This document shows, one piece after another, positions 30,703-46,876 of a stretch of 64,000 nucleotides of DNA. The stretch lies in assembly GCF_009914755.1 (NCBI RefSeq), contig NC_060935.1; one strand, written 5' to 3'. The notes below the pieces were generated by a model. That model was not told the DNA's origin. It saw nothing but the letters and a program-made list of their open reading frames with translations, and ran no database searches. Made by a program: the position numbers and the translations under genes. Origin of the DNA: the human T2T-CHM13v2.0 reference genome, Homo sapiens. The first letter of the stretch is position 1, and every line of letters begins with the position of its first letter.

Positions 30703-32927
30703 GAGAGTTCTTAAAACTGAAGATCTCCCAGGTAAGCCCATCTTTGTGTGGCAGGATCCACAGGTTAGGCTGGGAGGGTCCGGGAGCAGAACGTGGAAGC
30801 CAAATTCTGACGGGCGCAGCAGGGGTGGAGGCTGATGGCACCAAAGTCGGGGGCGGAGAGGGCAGTAAACACATGTGCCCCCCTCTGTCCTACCCAGGCC
30901 TCGGTTTCCCTGCTCGCAAAGTAAGCATAGTCACTACTAAGCAGTGCCTTAATATATCAAGAGCTCTTTTCCCCGGGGCCTCCTTCAGTCCTTATAGTAG
31001 CTCTGAAATGTCCTGCAACAGCTCCCTATTTTGCAGAGGAGGAGCCTAAGGCGGCCCACCCATGGGAGGCAGAGCTGGCCTCGACGCCAGCCCCATGCTC
31101 ACTCCACACCCAGCATCATGATGCTGCTGTCATCCCCCAACTTCCGGCTTCCCGAGCTCCAGGCAGTGGAGACCCACCATACAGCAGGCTGTTAGCACCG
31201 CCTCTGGGTGGTGAGGGGCTGCCGAAGTTTCGGCCCACCTGCCCTCCCCAGGACAGGCTCAAACTGAGTGTCTAGGAAGAGTCTCTTGACTAGGGGAGTG
31301 AACAGGTCCCAGAGGATCACAGTACTGCTGTGGGCTCTGGCTGGGTAAATCATCCCAGCTCTGGGGCTCTGGGCTGCAGCGCGGCAAGGCAGTGTGTTCT
31401 GCACAAAGACAGGATGTACTTGGGGAGAGGCTGTACCATTGTTGTGAGCGGAAGAGAAATTAATTTTAAGCCTGGAGTTGATTCCAGCCTGGGAGGGAAA
31501 CGCCAACACTTGGAGAGGGATGGTTTCAGGCATGTGCGCGCCACAGCTCACGTGCTCACTGCAGCCTGAATTCAGTGGGGAAACGCGCCCCGGGCACCCT
31601 CCCTCCTCTGTCAGTGTTCCAAGCCACCCCCACATCCCAGCACCGGAAGAGCCTGGCCCCTCCTTCCATCTAGAGAGCCTTGGGTGTGTTCTCCGCTGAG
31701 CCACACCCTGTCCCCTGCCCCACCAACTAAAACACACCACCCAGGCTGCTGCCGAAAAGGCTGGGAGAGGGGCAGCGAGCCAGACTGAAACCGCCTCTTT
31801 CGAACTCTCGGAAGGGTTTGGTCAGTTCTCTGTCATTTAACCTAGTGCTTGGTGATGAGGACACAGAATAGAGTGTGGCTCCGCTGCTGGCCTCCCGGGT
31901 CTCCAGGCCTGATGGAGTGGGACACACGGACGTCCAGCAGGTTCCGGCCTGGCGGGAGAGGGAGGTCTGGATCACAGGCTGCGGGCCACCGTGACCCTGG
32001 GGGCCGCATGTGGTGGGAAGGGCAGCGGGATGAGCTGGCAAACACTGGGGACTCCAGCTCCCCTAAGGGCCTCCGAACTGCTGCCACAGCCGCTACTGCT
32101 AGGTGCACTCTGACATCAGCTCCAAGCCGGGGAGAGGGGGTGCTGCCGTCAGGAAGGTGCCACCTGGGCCAGAGGCACGGGACACCAGGGAGCACCTGCT
32201 GCAGAGCTGGATGATCCTGGTGCCCTCTAATGCCCTGACTCCAATAAGCCTATCTCTGGGCCTCAGTTTCCCCAAGTGTGCAATGAAGGGCCTGGCCATC
32301 CAGACCCCCAGCAGATCCGGCCCCCTGACATCCATTCTAGTCCCCTTCCTCACTATGAGGACCCTAATATTGTCTTGGCAGTTAACAGACCCAGCTACAA
32401 AACCCCTTTTCTCAGTTTCCCCTGGCTGCTAGGAGTGACCAGGAGACCCCAGGGTGCTTATCAATGAGACAGGAGAGGACATCGTCTGTGGGCTTCCAGA
32501 GAGGGGCAGACAGCATGCACACTGCTTTTGCTCCTGGCCCTGGTCCGGGAGATGCACTACCGTGGGCTTTGGCCCCCACTCAGCTTGCCCTATGCTAGAA
32601 GGTTCCCTGATGGCAGTGGGGTGAGGTGGGCTGCAGAGCCCACGCTTAGAGCAAGAGAAAGGTCAGCCATCCTGCTGGGCTGGCACTGACCTTGCAGGTG
32701 CCCTGAGGCCAGACGGCAGGCAGCAGCGATGCCCCAGGTCCCAGGCCCCAGAAGGCTGGTCAGCCCCCAGGACAGGAACCAGGCCACGGCTGAGGACTGT
32801 GAGGGTGGCAGACAGAAGGACAATCAGACCCAGGCTGCCCAGGCAGAGGCGGGGCCAGGAAGAGATCTGCGGACAAAGTGGCATCTCTAGGCCTCTGGAA
32901 ATTGTGTGTGATTTCAAGCAAAGAGAC

Positions 32928-33352
32928 GGTAGTGGTTGAATTTTGTCCCCCTAAAATCCACGTCTATGTAGAACCTCAGAGTGTGACCTTCTTTGGAAGT
33001 AAGGTTGCTGGAGATGCAATCACTTGGGATGAGGTCATCCTGGAATAAGTGGGCCCTAAGTCCACTGGTTGGTGCCCTTATAAGGAGGGAAAATACAGAC
33101 ACACAGAGACATGGCCACGTGCAGATGGAAGCAGAGACTGGGGGATGTGGCCACAAGCCAAAGAACACCTGGACGCCCCAGAAGCTGAAAGAGACAAGGA
33201 AGGGTCCTCCCCTAGAGCACTGGAGGGAGAGGGCCCTGCCGACACCTTGACATTGGTCTCTGCCTCCAGAACTGTGAGGGGAGACACTTCTGTTGTTCAA
33301 GCCCCAGCTGGTGGCTTTGAACCCTTTGTGAGAGCAGCCCCAGGACACCAGC
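32928..33352 (+). mobile_element. MLT1B/C (MaLR) LTR
   Basis: gtagtggttgaattttgtcccc...gtgtgaccttctttggaagtaagg...ggccctgccgacaccttga...tccagaactgtgag. Confidence 0.85.
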
Positions 33353-33843
33353 ACAAAGGGTGAGCATGTAGGAGGCCAGTGTGGTGACCTGCGCATCCTG
33401 TGGTCCCTCCCTCCGGCGCCCAACGCATCCTCAGGACTAGCCGGGGCCTGGGGACCGGACAGGGAGCAACTGGCAGCAGAGGGTGATGACAGAGCCTGCA
33501 TTCCGGAATCTGACCCACAAAGGGCTGTGGCATTCATAGGAGAAGCCACGGAAGACCGGCAGGAATGACAGAAGCAGCAGCGAGAGCCCTTCAGAGGACC
33601 GCGAAACGCGAACTCCCACCCCAGCAAACCACCAAGGGGAAGAGGCGGGCCCCCATCCAGGAGGCCTTAGGAACAGGAGAGCTGACTTTTCTAAAGCAAA
33701 TAAGGTCCAGGTTGCCTAAAACAGGGGAGGGTAGCCTAAGGCTCTCCCAGACTCATGACAACTTAGAATTGTACAAGTGGCACATTTAGCTAGAATCTGG
33801 GAGGAGCCTGCTGGGGGCCGTGCCATTCTGAGGGTTCCCGGAG

Positions 33844-33845
<2 letters not shown>

Positions 33846-33884
<39 letters not shown>
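33846..33884. repeat. (CA)n microsatellite, ~19 units
   Basis: Direct reading. Confidence 0.97.
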
Positions 33885-33887
<3 letters not shown>

Positions 33888-34557
33888 CCACACAACCTCC
33901 CTCCCACCTGCCTTCTCCAAATAAAACCATGTCCCTGGTCCTTTTCTCTTGGTATCCACCTTCTCCATCATGGAGGAGGTCTCAGCTCCTAATCCACTCG
34001 GCAAAGTCCCAGCGGACAGTGAGTCACTGAGTGCTGGGCCAGGCACAAGCTGAGCTCAGGGCCTCCAAGGCAAGGTGACCCAGAGGGCGCTGGGAATAGG
34101 ACAGCGTAGGTGCCCCCGCAGTGGGGGATGTGGCTGGGTGTCTGTGAGGATGCTTCCTGCATGACAAGCTGGGGTTATAAGAACACAAAAGCCTGTAGGA
34201 TGAAGCCTGGCCCAAAGCAGTCGGGGTCCCCTGACCTCCCCGGCCTCTCTCCAGGCAGTGTTCTCCCCAGGGCGCCAGGCTTCCCCAGCTCCAAGTCTGG
34301 GCGTCTGAAATCTGCTGTGTAATTGGATCACGCCCGGCCCGTGCTGAGCGCCCATCTGCGCCCGTCTTGGAAAACACAAGTCTCAGAGAAGGAAAGCAGT
34401 TGCCACAGGTAATTTTCTATCAAATATATTACATTTCTTGGAATCACACGCAGAAATTAACTAATTAGATTCCCCCTTATTTTTGAAATGCTTTCAGAGG
34501 ACAATGGAAAGGTTCACTCTGTTCTGGGAAACGCTTCATTTAGACGCTAAACATTAG

Positions 34558-34865
<308 letters not shown>

Positions 34866-35594
34866 TGGCGGACTTTTAAGGATGCTATCCACGCTCCCTG
34901 CTCCTGGTTCCATCACGGGCCCCGAACAGCCGCAGGTGTGTGAAGGCAGGCTGGGAAACACTTCTGAGTCAGACCCACCTCTCTGGTTCAACCAGAGGCT
35001 CCTTTCTCTCCTTGATAACAATCCAAATTGTGATTGTTTTATAGAACCGCCTTTTACAACAGAATCATCTCCCCACATACCATTTTCCCTGATGCTGCCT
35101 GACAATCCTTGTCTCCCAGGGATGTGGGCACACAGCCACATGCTGCTCTACCTCCCACCCGCCCTGAGCACTCGGTGGATGCTGGGACTCTGCCGGCCAG
35201 CCAACCAGAAAAGGGCGCATGAGGGTACATCCGGGCTGCAGAAGAACATACTAATTGGTTTATTTTTTGAAACAAGGTCATGTTGATCTGGAAGGTAACT
35301 CGGGGGAAGAGTAGACAGGACCAGAGGGAGGACAGAGGACAAGGACATCATTCAGCAAGATGAGGGCCTGGGAAGCTGGGTCTCTGAGAAGCCTGGGCCC
35401 CTTTAATCCCAGTGAGCCCCTTGCATGGAGCGTTGATGGATACGGGGCAGGGGGACAAGGACAGGCGCAGGTGCTCATTGAGGAGAGAGGTCCTGGGATC
35501 CCCAGACCTGGGCATGAGGGGGCTGCCACTGGGCACAGATGGGCAACCTGGGCACCATGCAGAATAGTGTCTGCAGCTGATTTAGACACGTTGA

Positions 35595-35765
35595 ATATAT
35601 AAATACGTTATATATATTATGTATGTTATATATAACATATTTATACATATATTCATATACGTAACATAAATGTTATATTTTTATATATGTATTACATAAA
35701 AATATATTGTATATAATATATATTCTATATAAAACATGTATAAGTATATTTATATATATATAAAT
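35595..35765. repeat. AT-rich low-complexity tract
   Basis: Direct reading. Confidence 0.85.
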
Positions 35766-36799
35766 AACACTGAGTTGAATATACAAAAATCCTGAGTTCA
35801 TAATGACATACTGGTGAGGAAGAGAGAGACAGACCAGGGCAGAGAAGACACAGGGAGAGAGAAAAAGACCCTACTTCATCCCTCAACAACATGATAGAAA
35901 ACCAACTCACTGGACATCAGTAGAGATCACTGAAGCATCAGCTTCCTATAGAGAGACTTGACAATGAAAAAGAAAGAATTAAGCATTTATCTTGCCTTCT
36001 TGTACAAACAGTGTTCAGCTTAACCAAGTCATCTTATTTGATATGTGAAAGTTCTTCGAGATGGAAGAATCTCAGCTCATCACTGCGAAGGCATGCCAGG
36101 ATTAGGAAGTCATCAGATGCAAGCCTGCAAGCCTCAGTGTACTCCTCAATGTCTGCAGGGCCCACCCCAGAGAGAGGCCCCTGGGTGACCAGCCGGTGAG
36201 GAGCTTCAAGAGGAAGGATTCACCATCACCACCTGGATCCTGTGTGCAGCTTTTGTCACAGCGGTGGCGAGCACAGTTTCTGCCTCCTGGGGAGATGGGG
36301 TGTGAAGCTCACAGCACCTGCGTGTGGCTGGGCCCAACATTAACAGCGCTGCAAGAGCTCACCTCCATTTATAGGAAGTGGGAAGGACCCAAGGACTGGC
36401 CGATGACACCACAGGAGGCAGAAGGCACATCGGGGGTTGGGGGTAGCCTATGGCCAACCTACCCTGTCCCTCTAACAACCTACCCTGTCCCTATAACACG
36501 TTGCTGGCAGGAAACACGGGAGATGGCTCAGACTGGAGACCTGGGGACATATCTACCAAGTGCCACGTGGGTCCTGGGTCAAAGTCACCACCGTGAAAAG
36601 ACATTTCTGAGATAATTTGGGACATGTGCTAATGGAGGGGTTTCAGATTCCACCCAGAGACCACTGCTGGGTGCGTGGATGGGACAGTGACACTGGGGCC
36701 CGCAAGAAAGATCCCATGCTGTGAGAGACAGACTGAAGGGGAAGAGGGAGTGACGCGATGCCTGGGATTTGCTGAAGAAAAAAAAAAGAATAAAAAGGT

Positions 36800-38245
<1,446 letters not shown>

Positions 38246-38644
38246 GGGGGGAGGAAGTGAATGGAGCAAATGGCGGCTGTGATCTCTTGGGGGCCAGCTC
38301 TCCACAAGGTCTTCATAAACCCTCGGTCACGCTCATCTGCTGCTCAAGGGCCTCCAGTGGCTCCCCATTGCCCTAGGCCTTGCCACAGCCTGAAAGGCCC
38401 CGTAGGGCATGAGGCCCGCCCCTTTCTCTGCCACATCCACCCCTCCCGAATGTTCCAGAACACGCAGAGTCTTTCCCTGGTCCAGGTGGGGCCTTGCACT
38501 CACCACCCCGGTGCCCGGCCCACCCTCACCTCAGCTCTACCCTCCTCTTCAGGTCTCAGCCTAAATCCTTCCCCTTGGGGAGCCTTCCCTGACCACCCTG
38601 TCGACAAAGGCGTGGTATCTGCCCTGTAGCTGCACAGCATCCTA

Positions 38645-39370
38645 GTGTGTGTGAGAGTATATGCGTGAGCATGTGTGAATGCATGTCAGCACGTGTGTGT
38701 GTGTGAATGTGAGTCTGAGTGTATGAGCATGCGTGTATGTGAGCATGCATGTGTGTGTACATGTATGAGTATGTGTGTGAGCAGGTGTGTGAGCGTGTGA
38801 ATGTTAGCATGTGTGAATGCGTGTTAGTACATGTGCATATGTGTGTATGAATGTGAGTCTGTGTGTATGTGTGTATGCGAGCATGTGTGAGCATGTGTGC
38901 AAGTGTGTGAGCATATGAATATGTGTGAGCACGTGTGAGCATCTGTGTATGTGTAAGCACGTGTGTGAACATATGTACGAGGATGCATGAGAATGTGTGA
39001 ATATGTGTGAGCATGTGTGAATGCGTGTTAGTACATGTGCATGTGTGTGTGTATGAGAGTCTGTGTGAGTGTATGAGTGTGTGTATGCGAGCATGTGTGA
39101 GCATGTGTGCAAATGTGTGAGCATATGAATATATGTGTGAGCACGTGTGAGCATCTGTGTATGTGTAAGCATGAACATATGTGCGAGGATGCATGATGTG
39201 TGAATATGTGCGAGCATGTGTGTGAGCATCTGTGTGAGCATGTGTGAGCGTGTGTGTGAACATGTGTGTGGGCATGTGTGAGAACTTGTGTATTTATAAG
39301 AATGTATGTAAGCATGTGTGAACATGTGTGTGCACATGGTAGCATGTGTGCAAGTGTGTGTGAACATGTG
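38645..39370. repeat. TG/GCATGT-rich degenerate minisatellite with an internal ~204-bp duplication
   Basis: Direct reading; a second TG tract follows at ~39505-39610. Confidence 0.92.
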
Positions 39371-41169
39371 TACCGTTTCCTGGGGTTGTCACGACAAATC
39401 ACCGCAAACCAAGGGGCTTCAACCAACAGGAATTTTTCTCTCAGTTCTGGCGGCGGGAAGTCTAAGATCAAGGGGTAAGCAGGGCCACACTCCTCTGGTG
39501 GGCACGTATGTGGGTGCATTCATGTGTGTACATGTGTATGGGTACCTGTGTGTATGTGCACGTGTGTGGGTGCCTGTGTGTGCATGTGTGTGTGCATTAG
39601 TATGTGTGTGTTTCCATTCACAGCACAGCCACAGCCTCCAGTTATGGAGCCTGTTGACCCACATAGTGCCTGTCAATCTGTGCAGTGCCTGTTTCCCCAG
39701 CACTCAGGCTCTGTGAGGGCAGGGCCTGCTCTTCCTCTCTGCAGGATCCCAAAAAGGCCCAGGCTGGTGCTGAGTACGGACTCAGTGTGTGGCCCGCACA
39801 CAACTGATTAGACCCAGGGTGCCTATAGAGACCCTCCTGCTATTCACAGATGGGGGCAGGTGGGGCTGGGCTGGGTGTTTACTCCCCTCCTGGCCGGGCC
39901 ACGGCCAGCTCTCCTCCTGCAGTGCAGAATCCAGGTGCCCACAGAGACAAATGAGCGGCCGGAGAGCCAGCCCATGATAGGGAGCTCCTCAGACCTCCCC
40001 CCACCAACCCATCGGGAAGCAGCCACTGCAGAGAGGGTGTGACCCGTGGGAGGCCGCTGCCCAGCGCTCAGGAAGGCCGGGGCACAAAGGATGCTAGGCA
40101 CTGGGAGTGAGGCTGGCGCCCTGGCGAGGGGAGACTGGCTGCTCCAGACCCTCGAAAGCCCTGGGGCCCAGATCCTGGCAGTCTTGCAAAACAGACCTAG
40201 GTGTCAGACCCCTTTCCTTCCCGCACCCCACACTCTAGGCTGCCCAGGGGAATCCCAAGGAGCCTTGGTATCCCAGCCAGCCTCAGGCTGACCAGTGAGT
40301 CTACCCAGTGACGGGGCTGGAGCCCTGTTTGGGGTCTGCGAGCTGCCCACAGCTCACGCCAAGCCGGCTTCCGCTCTGTCCATCAATTCAGGCCCACTGA
40401 GCACAGGTTCTCGGGGAATGCTCAAGAGCCCCATGCCAGGTGGGTCCCATTCACAGATGTCTGCTCGCCAACCAGCAGGAAGCTGGAAAGTACCCCCAGG
40501 ACAGCTAGTAGCCCACAGTGAGCTGTGAGGCACACAGCAATTTGGGGCTAATTTTCTCCTGCAAAGAAGTTGATCCCATAATCTGGCAAATACACTAATC
40601 GTCACTGCACTGCTCAGAGCAGGAGCTTAGAGCTACAGAGTCCGGGGGGAACAGGCTCGGCATAGAATGAGACCACGGACTGCCGGCTTGAAGAATGTGC
40701 TGCCAGGATATGAAACCCAAAGCTGGCAATGGACCACAAGCCGCTCCCAGTGACAGAGGACCCAGGCCACAGACCAGCTGCTGTGCTGGGCACAATGCTT
40801 CTATTGTCACGGAACCCTGCATCCACGCCCGGCCCCGCTTGCAGATGGGAAAGCTGAGGGTCTGGGGCTGCAGGATGTGCTCGGCGCCCTGCTGATGACC
40901 TTCCCTGGGCCAGCCTGACCCCCGGCTCCTCTGATCCTCTCTGCTTTAACGGAAGCAAAGAATGAGTTGTAACAGCCGAGGACCAAGGAGCAGCTCTTCT
41001 GTCAACAGATGCACCGGAAAATCCGCGGTGGCCGAGGAAGCCCTATTTTCTTTAGTCTGCTCAGCATTTCTTGTACAATAATAAAAACATCTGAATTTCC
41101 AACAAATATAATAGAAAGATTTCCTAGAAAATGATCTATTCTGGCTTTGGTCAAAAAAGTTGAGAGTCC

Positions 41170-42028
<859 letters not shown>

Positions 42029-42542
42029 ACAGCAAAGAGGGCCTGGTTTTTCTTTTTCTTTTCTTTTTGAGAGTCAATTTCCATCTGATTTTCCCAGCAA
42101 CACATTAATTGGGTAAAGCCAAATCCACATGAGTAGGTGGGGTGGGTGCAGGAAGGAGGGTGGCCTGAGGCTCCCCTGGCTGGCCAGGGACATGAAGGTG
42201 CCCTGCAGGCCCACAGGGTGGGTTCTGGCCTCCAGGGCCTGAGCGGACCCCCCTTGAGCCCCAAGGGGTCTTTACCTGGCTCCTCTCTAAACTCTCGGCC
42301 TCTCAGTGGTGGAGTTCTACGTGGCTGGGATTGGGACATCAGTGGACCCAGGGACGGCCCCAAGGAAGGGGCTAGGTCTCAGACATAAGGAGGAGGGGGC
42401 AGGTCTTCAGGCCCACAGGCCCGTCTGGGGCTCAGAGGGCTTTGCCCAGGCCGTCCAGGGGCCTGGAGGCTGCAGAACGTGCAGGTGCAGCTGGGATGTG
42501 TCGCCAATGGTAAGCAGGCAACCTGGGGCCACGCACAGCTAG

Positions 42543-43012
42543 TGCAGTGGGCTGAGTGGTGTCTCCCAGAAAGATGTGCCCAGGTCCTAATCTCCGGAAC
42601 TGAGAATGGGATCTTATTTGGAAAGAGTCCTCACAGACATAATTAAGTTAAGGACCTTGAGATGAGAAGATTATCCTGGATTACCTGGCTGGGCCCTAAA
42701 CCCAGTGACAAGTGTCTTTATAAGAGAGAGGCAGGGGGAGATTTGAGACACAGAATCGCAGAGAGGAGAAGGCCACGTGAAGATGGAGGCAGAGACGAGC
42801 GACGCAGCCATGAGCCAAGGGACGCCTGGAGACACGGGAAGCCGGAAGAGGCTGGGAAGGATCCTCCCCTAGAGCCACCATGGGGAGCAGGGCCCTGCCA
42901 GGCCCTGGATTTCAAACCTGTGGCCTCCAGCACTGTGAGTGAACGCATCGCTGTTGTCTCAGGCCACTCAGTTTCTGGTCATTTGTGACAGCGGCCTCAG
43001 GACATGAATACA
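42543..43012 (+). mobile_element. MLT1C/D LTR
   Basis: gtcctaatctccggaac..ttatttggaaagag...gattatcctggattacctgg.tgggccctaa...gctgggaaggatcctcccctagagcc. Confidence 0.85.
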
Positions 43013-43493
43013 GCTATGCTTCAGAGAGGACTGCACGAAGCTGAGGCCCGAGCCCTGACCTGGGATCACAGGCATGTGCTGGAGCTGGGGGCCCACTACG
43101 AGCAGGGGAGGGCTGGGGTAGGAGGGGCGCATGCCCAGTCAGGATCCCTCCCTGTCTCCCATTCTCTAGAACAGTCCCTCAAGGCTGGGCTCTGGAATCC
43201 TCTGTAAGTTGCTCCATCTCAGAAAGCCTCAGTTTACTCATCTGTAAAACGGAGAGTCAGGCAAGTCCACCTTGCAGAGCTCCTAGGAAGAATCGAGGCG
43301 ACTGCTGGGTAACCTGCTTAGCACCATGAGTGCAGGCAATGAGCGTCTACACAGAGAGCCTGGGGACTTAGAGGGATGCAAAGAGCCTCTTCGCTTGAGG
43401 CCTGAAGGTTCAGACAGCTAAAACATGGGCTGGCTACTGCCTGGCATCCCTCCCTGATGAAAAATAACAATAGATCGTGTACAGAATTTTTAA

Positions 43494-43836
<343 letters not shown>

Positions 43837-45324
43837 CTATGCTTTTTTCTTAAACGTGCTTTAGCTTGTCTAGGAGGATCCAGTACAAGGCATTGTGAGA
43901 TCAACAGCAGAGAATGGCATGTGCTCTCCTTCCAGAGGCACAGCAAGACCGCCTGCCCCAGCCTCCCCTGCAGGGAGGAATGACCGCCAGTTGAGATTGC
44001 AGTCAACGGAACAGAAGCGGAAGTGATATGCACTTTCTCTTCTGCCAGCCAGAGGCGGCCGAGCCCGGTGACCTGGGCATCTGCGTATTCAGGATGGAGG
44101 AGCTGGGAGCTGGGAGGAGCCTGAAGCTGCTTGGAGGAGAGCTGCCTGCCCGACTTGAGAGGGGCAATAAATATCTTTCCACGGCTCAAATGAACAGCCA
44201 GTTTTCAGTATGTGGCTTGTTACGGTGTCCAGCATTGCGGGCACGGACACACAATGTCTAAAATGGGTGCAGTTCTACAAAGCACACCCGAGATCCCTGG
44301 GCTGTGGGCAGTCCAGCGGGCAGGCAAGCCCCTGCCCCAGCTTGCAGCTGTGCTAGCACAAAAGGGCCAATCTCTCTGGGCAAGGGTTGCACTAGGCAAT
44401 CCCACTGGGGATGACTCTTCTGGGTGACCAAGGTTCAGGCTCTTTCCTGGGAGTTCCTGGGTCTGGAGAGAAGGCTACGGGGGACTGGGTACCAGGATGG
44501 GTAAGGTCAGAAGGACAGGGGCTGGGGTCACTGGCATTCCCCTGAGGGAGGCCGCATTTCACAGGCTTTTCCAGTTGGTGAAGCCTTTGCCCGCAGGGTC
44601 TCTTTAAAAGGAAACCAGACAAAGCCAACCCAATACTTGCTGCGCTGCGCCCTGACCTCAAACCATCCTGCCTAGCTACTGGCAATTAGGCTGCCTTTGA
44701 GATAAATTTTCTCGCCTAAAAATGCCCATGGGTCTTATAACTTTGATTTTCCGTTCGATTCAAATTTAAATCCAGAATCGCAGTGCTGTGGGGGGTGGGG
44801 GGGAAATGCCCAGGATAAAGACAATGTCCTAGCTAACAAACCAACCAGTGAGTGACAGAGGGGCCTCAGCAGGAAGTCTGGGCAGAACGGAGCTTGCTAG
44901 GTCACCCCATGTGAACTGCTTTGGAGAACAGAGTGGTAGCTTTGTTAGATTTATGGGGACGGCGGCTCAGCCTGTCTAATCGCAGTTGAGGCGGGGCCGA
45001 GAGGTGTCTCCCCTGTGTCCACGCTAGCTGGGTGCTTCCCTCCCACGGACACAGAGGCCGGGCTGCCACTTCCATCCTTCCCCTGACACCTCCCGTCATC
45101 TTCTGGGAAACACCAAGTGACACAAACAGGACACTGATTTCCTGGAAATTTATATCTGGCTCAGGAGTTGCACCTGCTGAAGAGGTGAAGATGACAAAGG
45201 CCCTCCATGCGACTGAGAATAACGCAGAGATGGTCCCTCAGGCTTGAGAGCCATAATTTCACCAGCTCGTTTATTTCTAATTAGATAAAGAATACAAGTT
45301 TTTAAAAAAAGTTACTTTACAGAA

Positions 45325-45530
45325 GAGCCAAGGTGACTACAGTTAATAATAATTTATTGCATATTTCAAAATATACAAGAGAAGATTTGGAGTGTTCCCA
45401 GCACAAAGAAATACATGTTGGAGGTGACGACATCGCAGTTATCCTGATTTGATCCTTAGACATCGTGTGCATGTATCAAAACGTCACATGGGCCCGTACA
45501 TATGTACAATTACTAGGTATCAGTTAACAA
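45325..45530 (+). mobile_element. L1MA 3' end fragment
   Basis: ggtgactacagttaataataatttattgcatatttcaaaat...gtatcaaaacgtcacatg. Confidence 0.8.
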
Positions 45531-45726
45531 ATAGCTGAGCCCCCTGTGACTCACCCTCCACCCATCTCTTCCTCCAACGGGTTACCTTGGAGGAAGGCTT
45601 ATCTTGAAGGATTATCACATTGGTGTGGAGCTTTCCAGAACTTTTGCATAACATTTATGTTCCCTTGGAAAATGTGGAGTACAGAGAATACATATAATAT
45701 TTTTGCATGCTTTTTTAAAAAGCAGA

Positions 45727-46032
45727 GGCCGGGTGCGGTGGCTCACACCTGTAATCCCAGCACTTTGGGAGGCCGAGGCGGGCGGATCACGAGGTCAGGA
45801 GATCAAGACCATCCTGGCTAACACAGTGAAAACCCGTCTCTACTAAAAATACAAAAAAATTAGCCGGGCGTGGTGGCAGGTGCCTGTAGTCCCAGCTCCT
45901 CAGGAGGCTGAGGCAGGAGAATGGCGTGAACCCAGGAGGCGGAGCTTGCAGTGAGCTGAGATCACGCGCCACTGCACTCCAGCCTGGGCGACAGAGTGAG
46001 ACTCCGTCTCGGAAAAAAAAAAAAAAAAAAAA
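45727..46032 (+). mobile_element. AluY
   Basis: Y diagnostics; TSD aaaaagcaga. Confidence 0.95.
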
Positions 46033-46599
46033 GCAGAAATATTATTATACTACAGTGGTTGGTCTGTGACCTGTGGTTAGTATTTGGGATGGTGTCTTGG
46101 GAATCACGTCGTGGTTGGTATGCAAATATTCCTCTTTCTTTTATACGTTGGCATTGTTTTTGGTCATTTGAATGAGGGTTGAGCTCCTGCCATGTGCTGG
46201 GTGCTTTCTCTTGTAGGTGAGCAAGAAAGACAGTCTTTGCTCTCATAGAGTTATGGTCCCATGGGGGAAGACTGACCAACAACAAAAGGTGAACAGAAAC
46301 CATACCGTGTGCTGGCCAGAGCTATGAATAAACAGGAAGCCGACTAAGGGACTGCAGGTGGAGGGGGGGGAGGAACACAGAGGGGCAGAGGAGATCTGGG
46401 GTCGGGGGCTGAGCTGGAGCTCTGCCCAGGGTCTCAGCTGACCCAAGGGTTTGTACGTGGCGGCGAGCAGGGGTTATCACTGGTCCTGTTTCAGAGCTAA
46501 GGAAACATGCTGGGACTTGCCCCAGATTTAACAGGAAAGCCCAACTATTCAAAAGTTAAACAACAAAAAGTGAAGAACATTGCTTTTTTAAAAATTCCA

Positions 46600-46876
46600 A
46601 ATTTAAAAAAATGTAGTAGAAGACACAAAGCATAAAATTTGCCATTTTACAGTGGCCAGTTCATGGCATTAACTACATTTACAGTGTGTGCAGCCATCAC
46701 CAGCGTGCATCTCCAGAACTTTCTCATCCTCCCAAACTGAAACTCTGTCCCCATTACACACGAACTCCCCATCCCCTTCCCCAGCCCCCGACACCCACCA
46801 TCCTACTTTCTGTCTCTATGAATGTGACGGATGTGACTACTCTAGGAACCTCACTTGAGCGGAATCATACAGTTCA
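46600..46876 (-). mobile_element. L1MB 3' end fragment
   Basis: catctccagaactttctcatcctcccaaactgaaactctgtcccatta...ctttctgtctctatgaat. Confidence 0.8.

Noticed and set aside
32914-33627. 237-aa minus-strand ORF
   Set aside because: Mostly antisense to an MLT1 LTR; no recognisable domain or exon structure.
34075-34092. CTCF-like motifs (also ~10795 and ~50875)
   Set aside because: Each has two or more mismatches in the core; such matches are expected by chance in GC-rich DNA.
38556-39716. Long His/Thr-rich and Cys/Val-rich ORFs (up to 239 aa)
   Set aside because: Translation of TG/CA low-complexity repeat.
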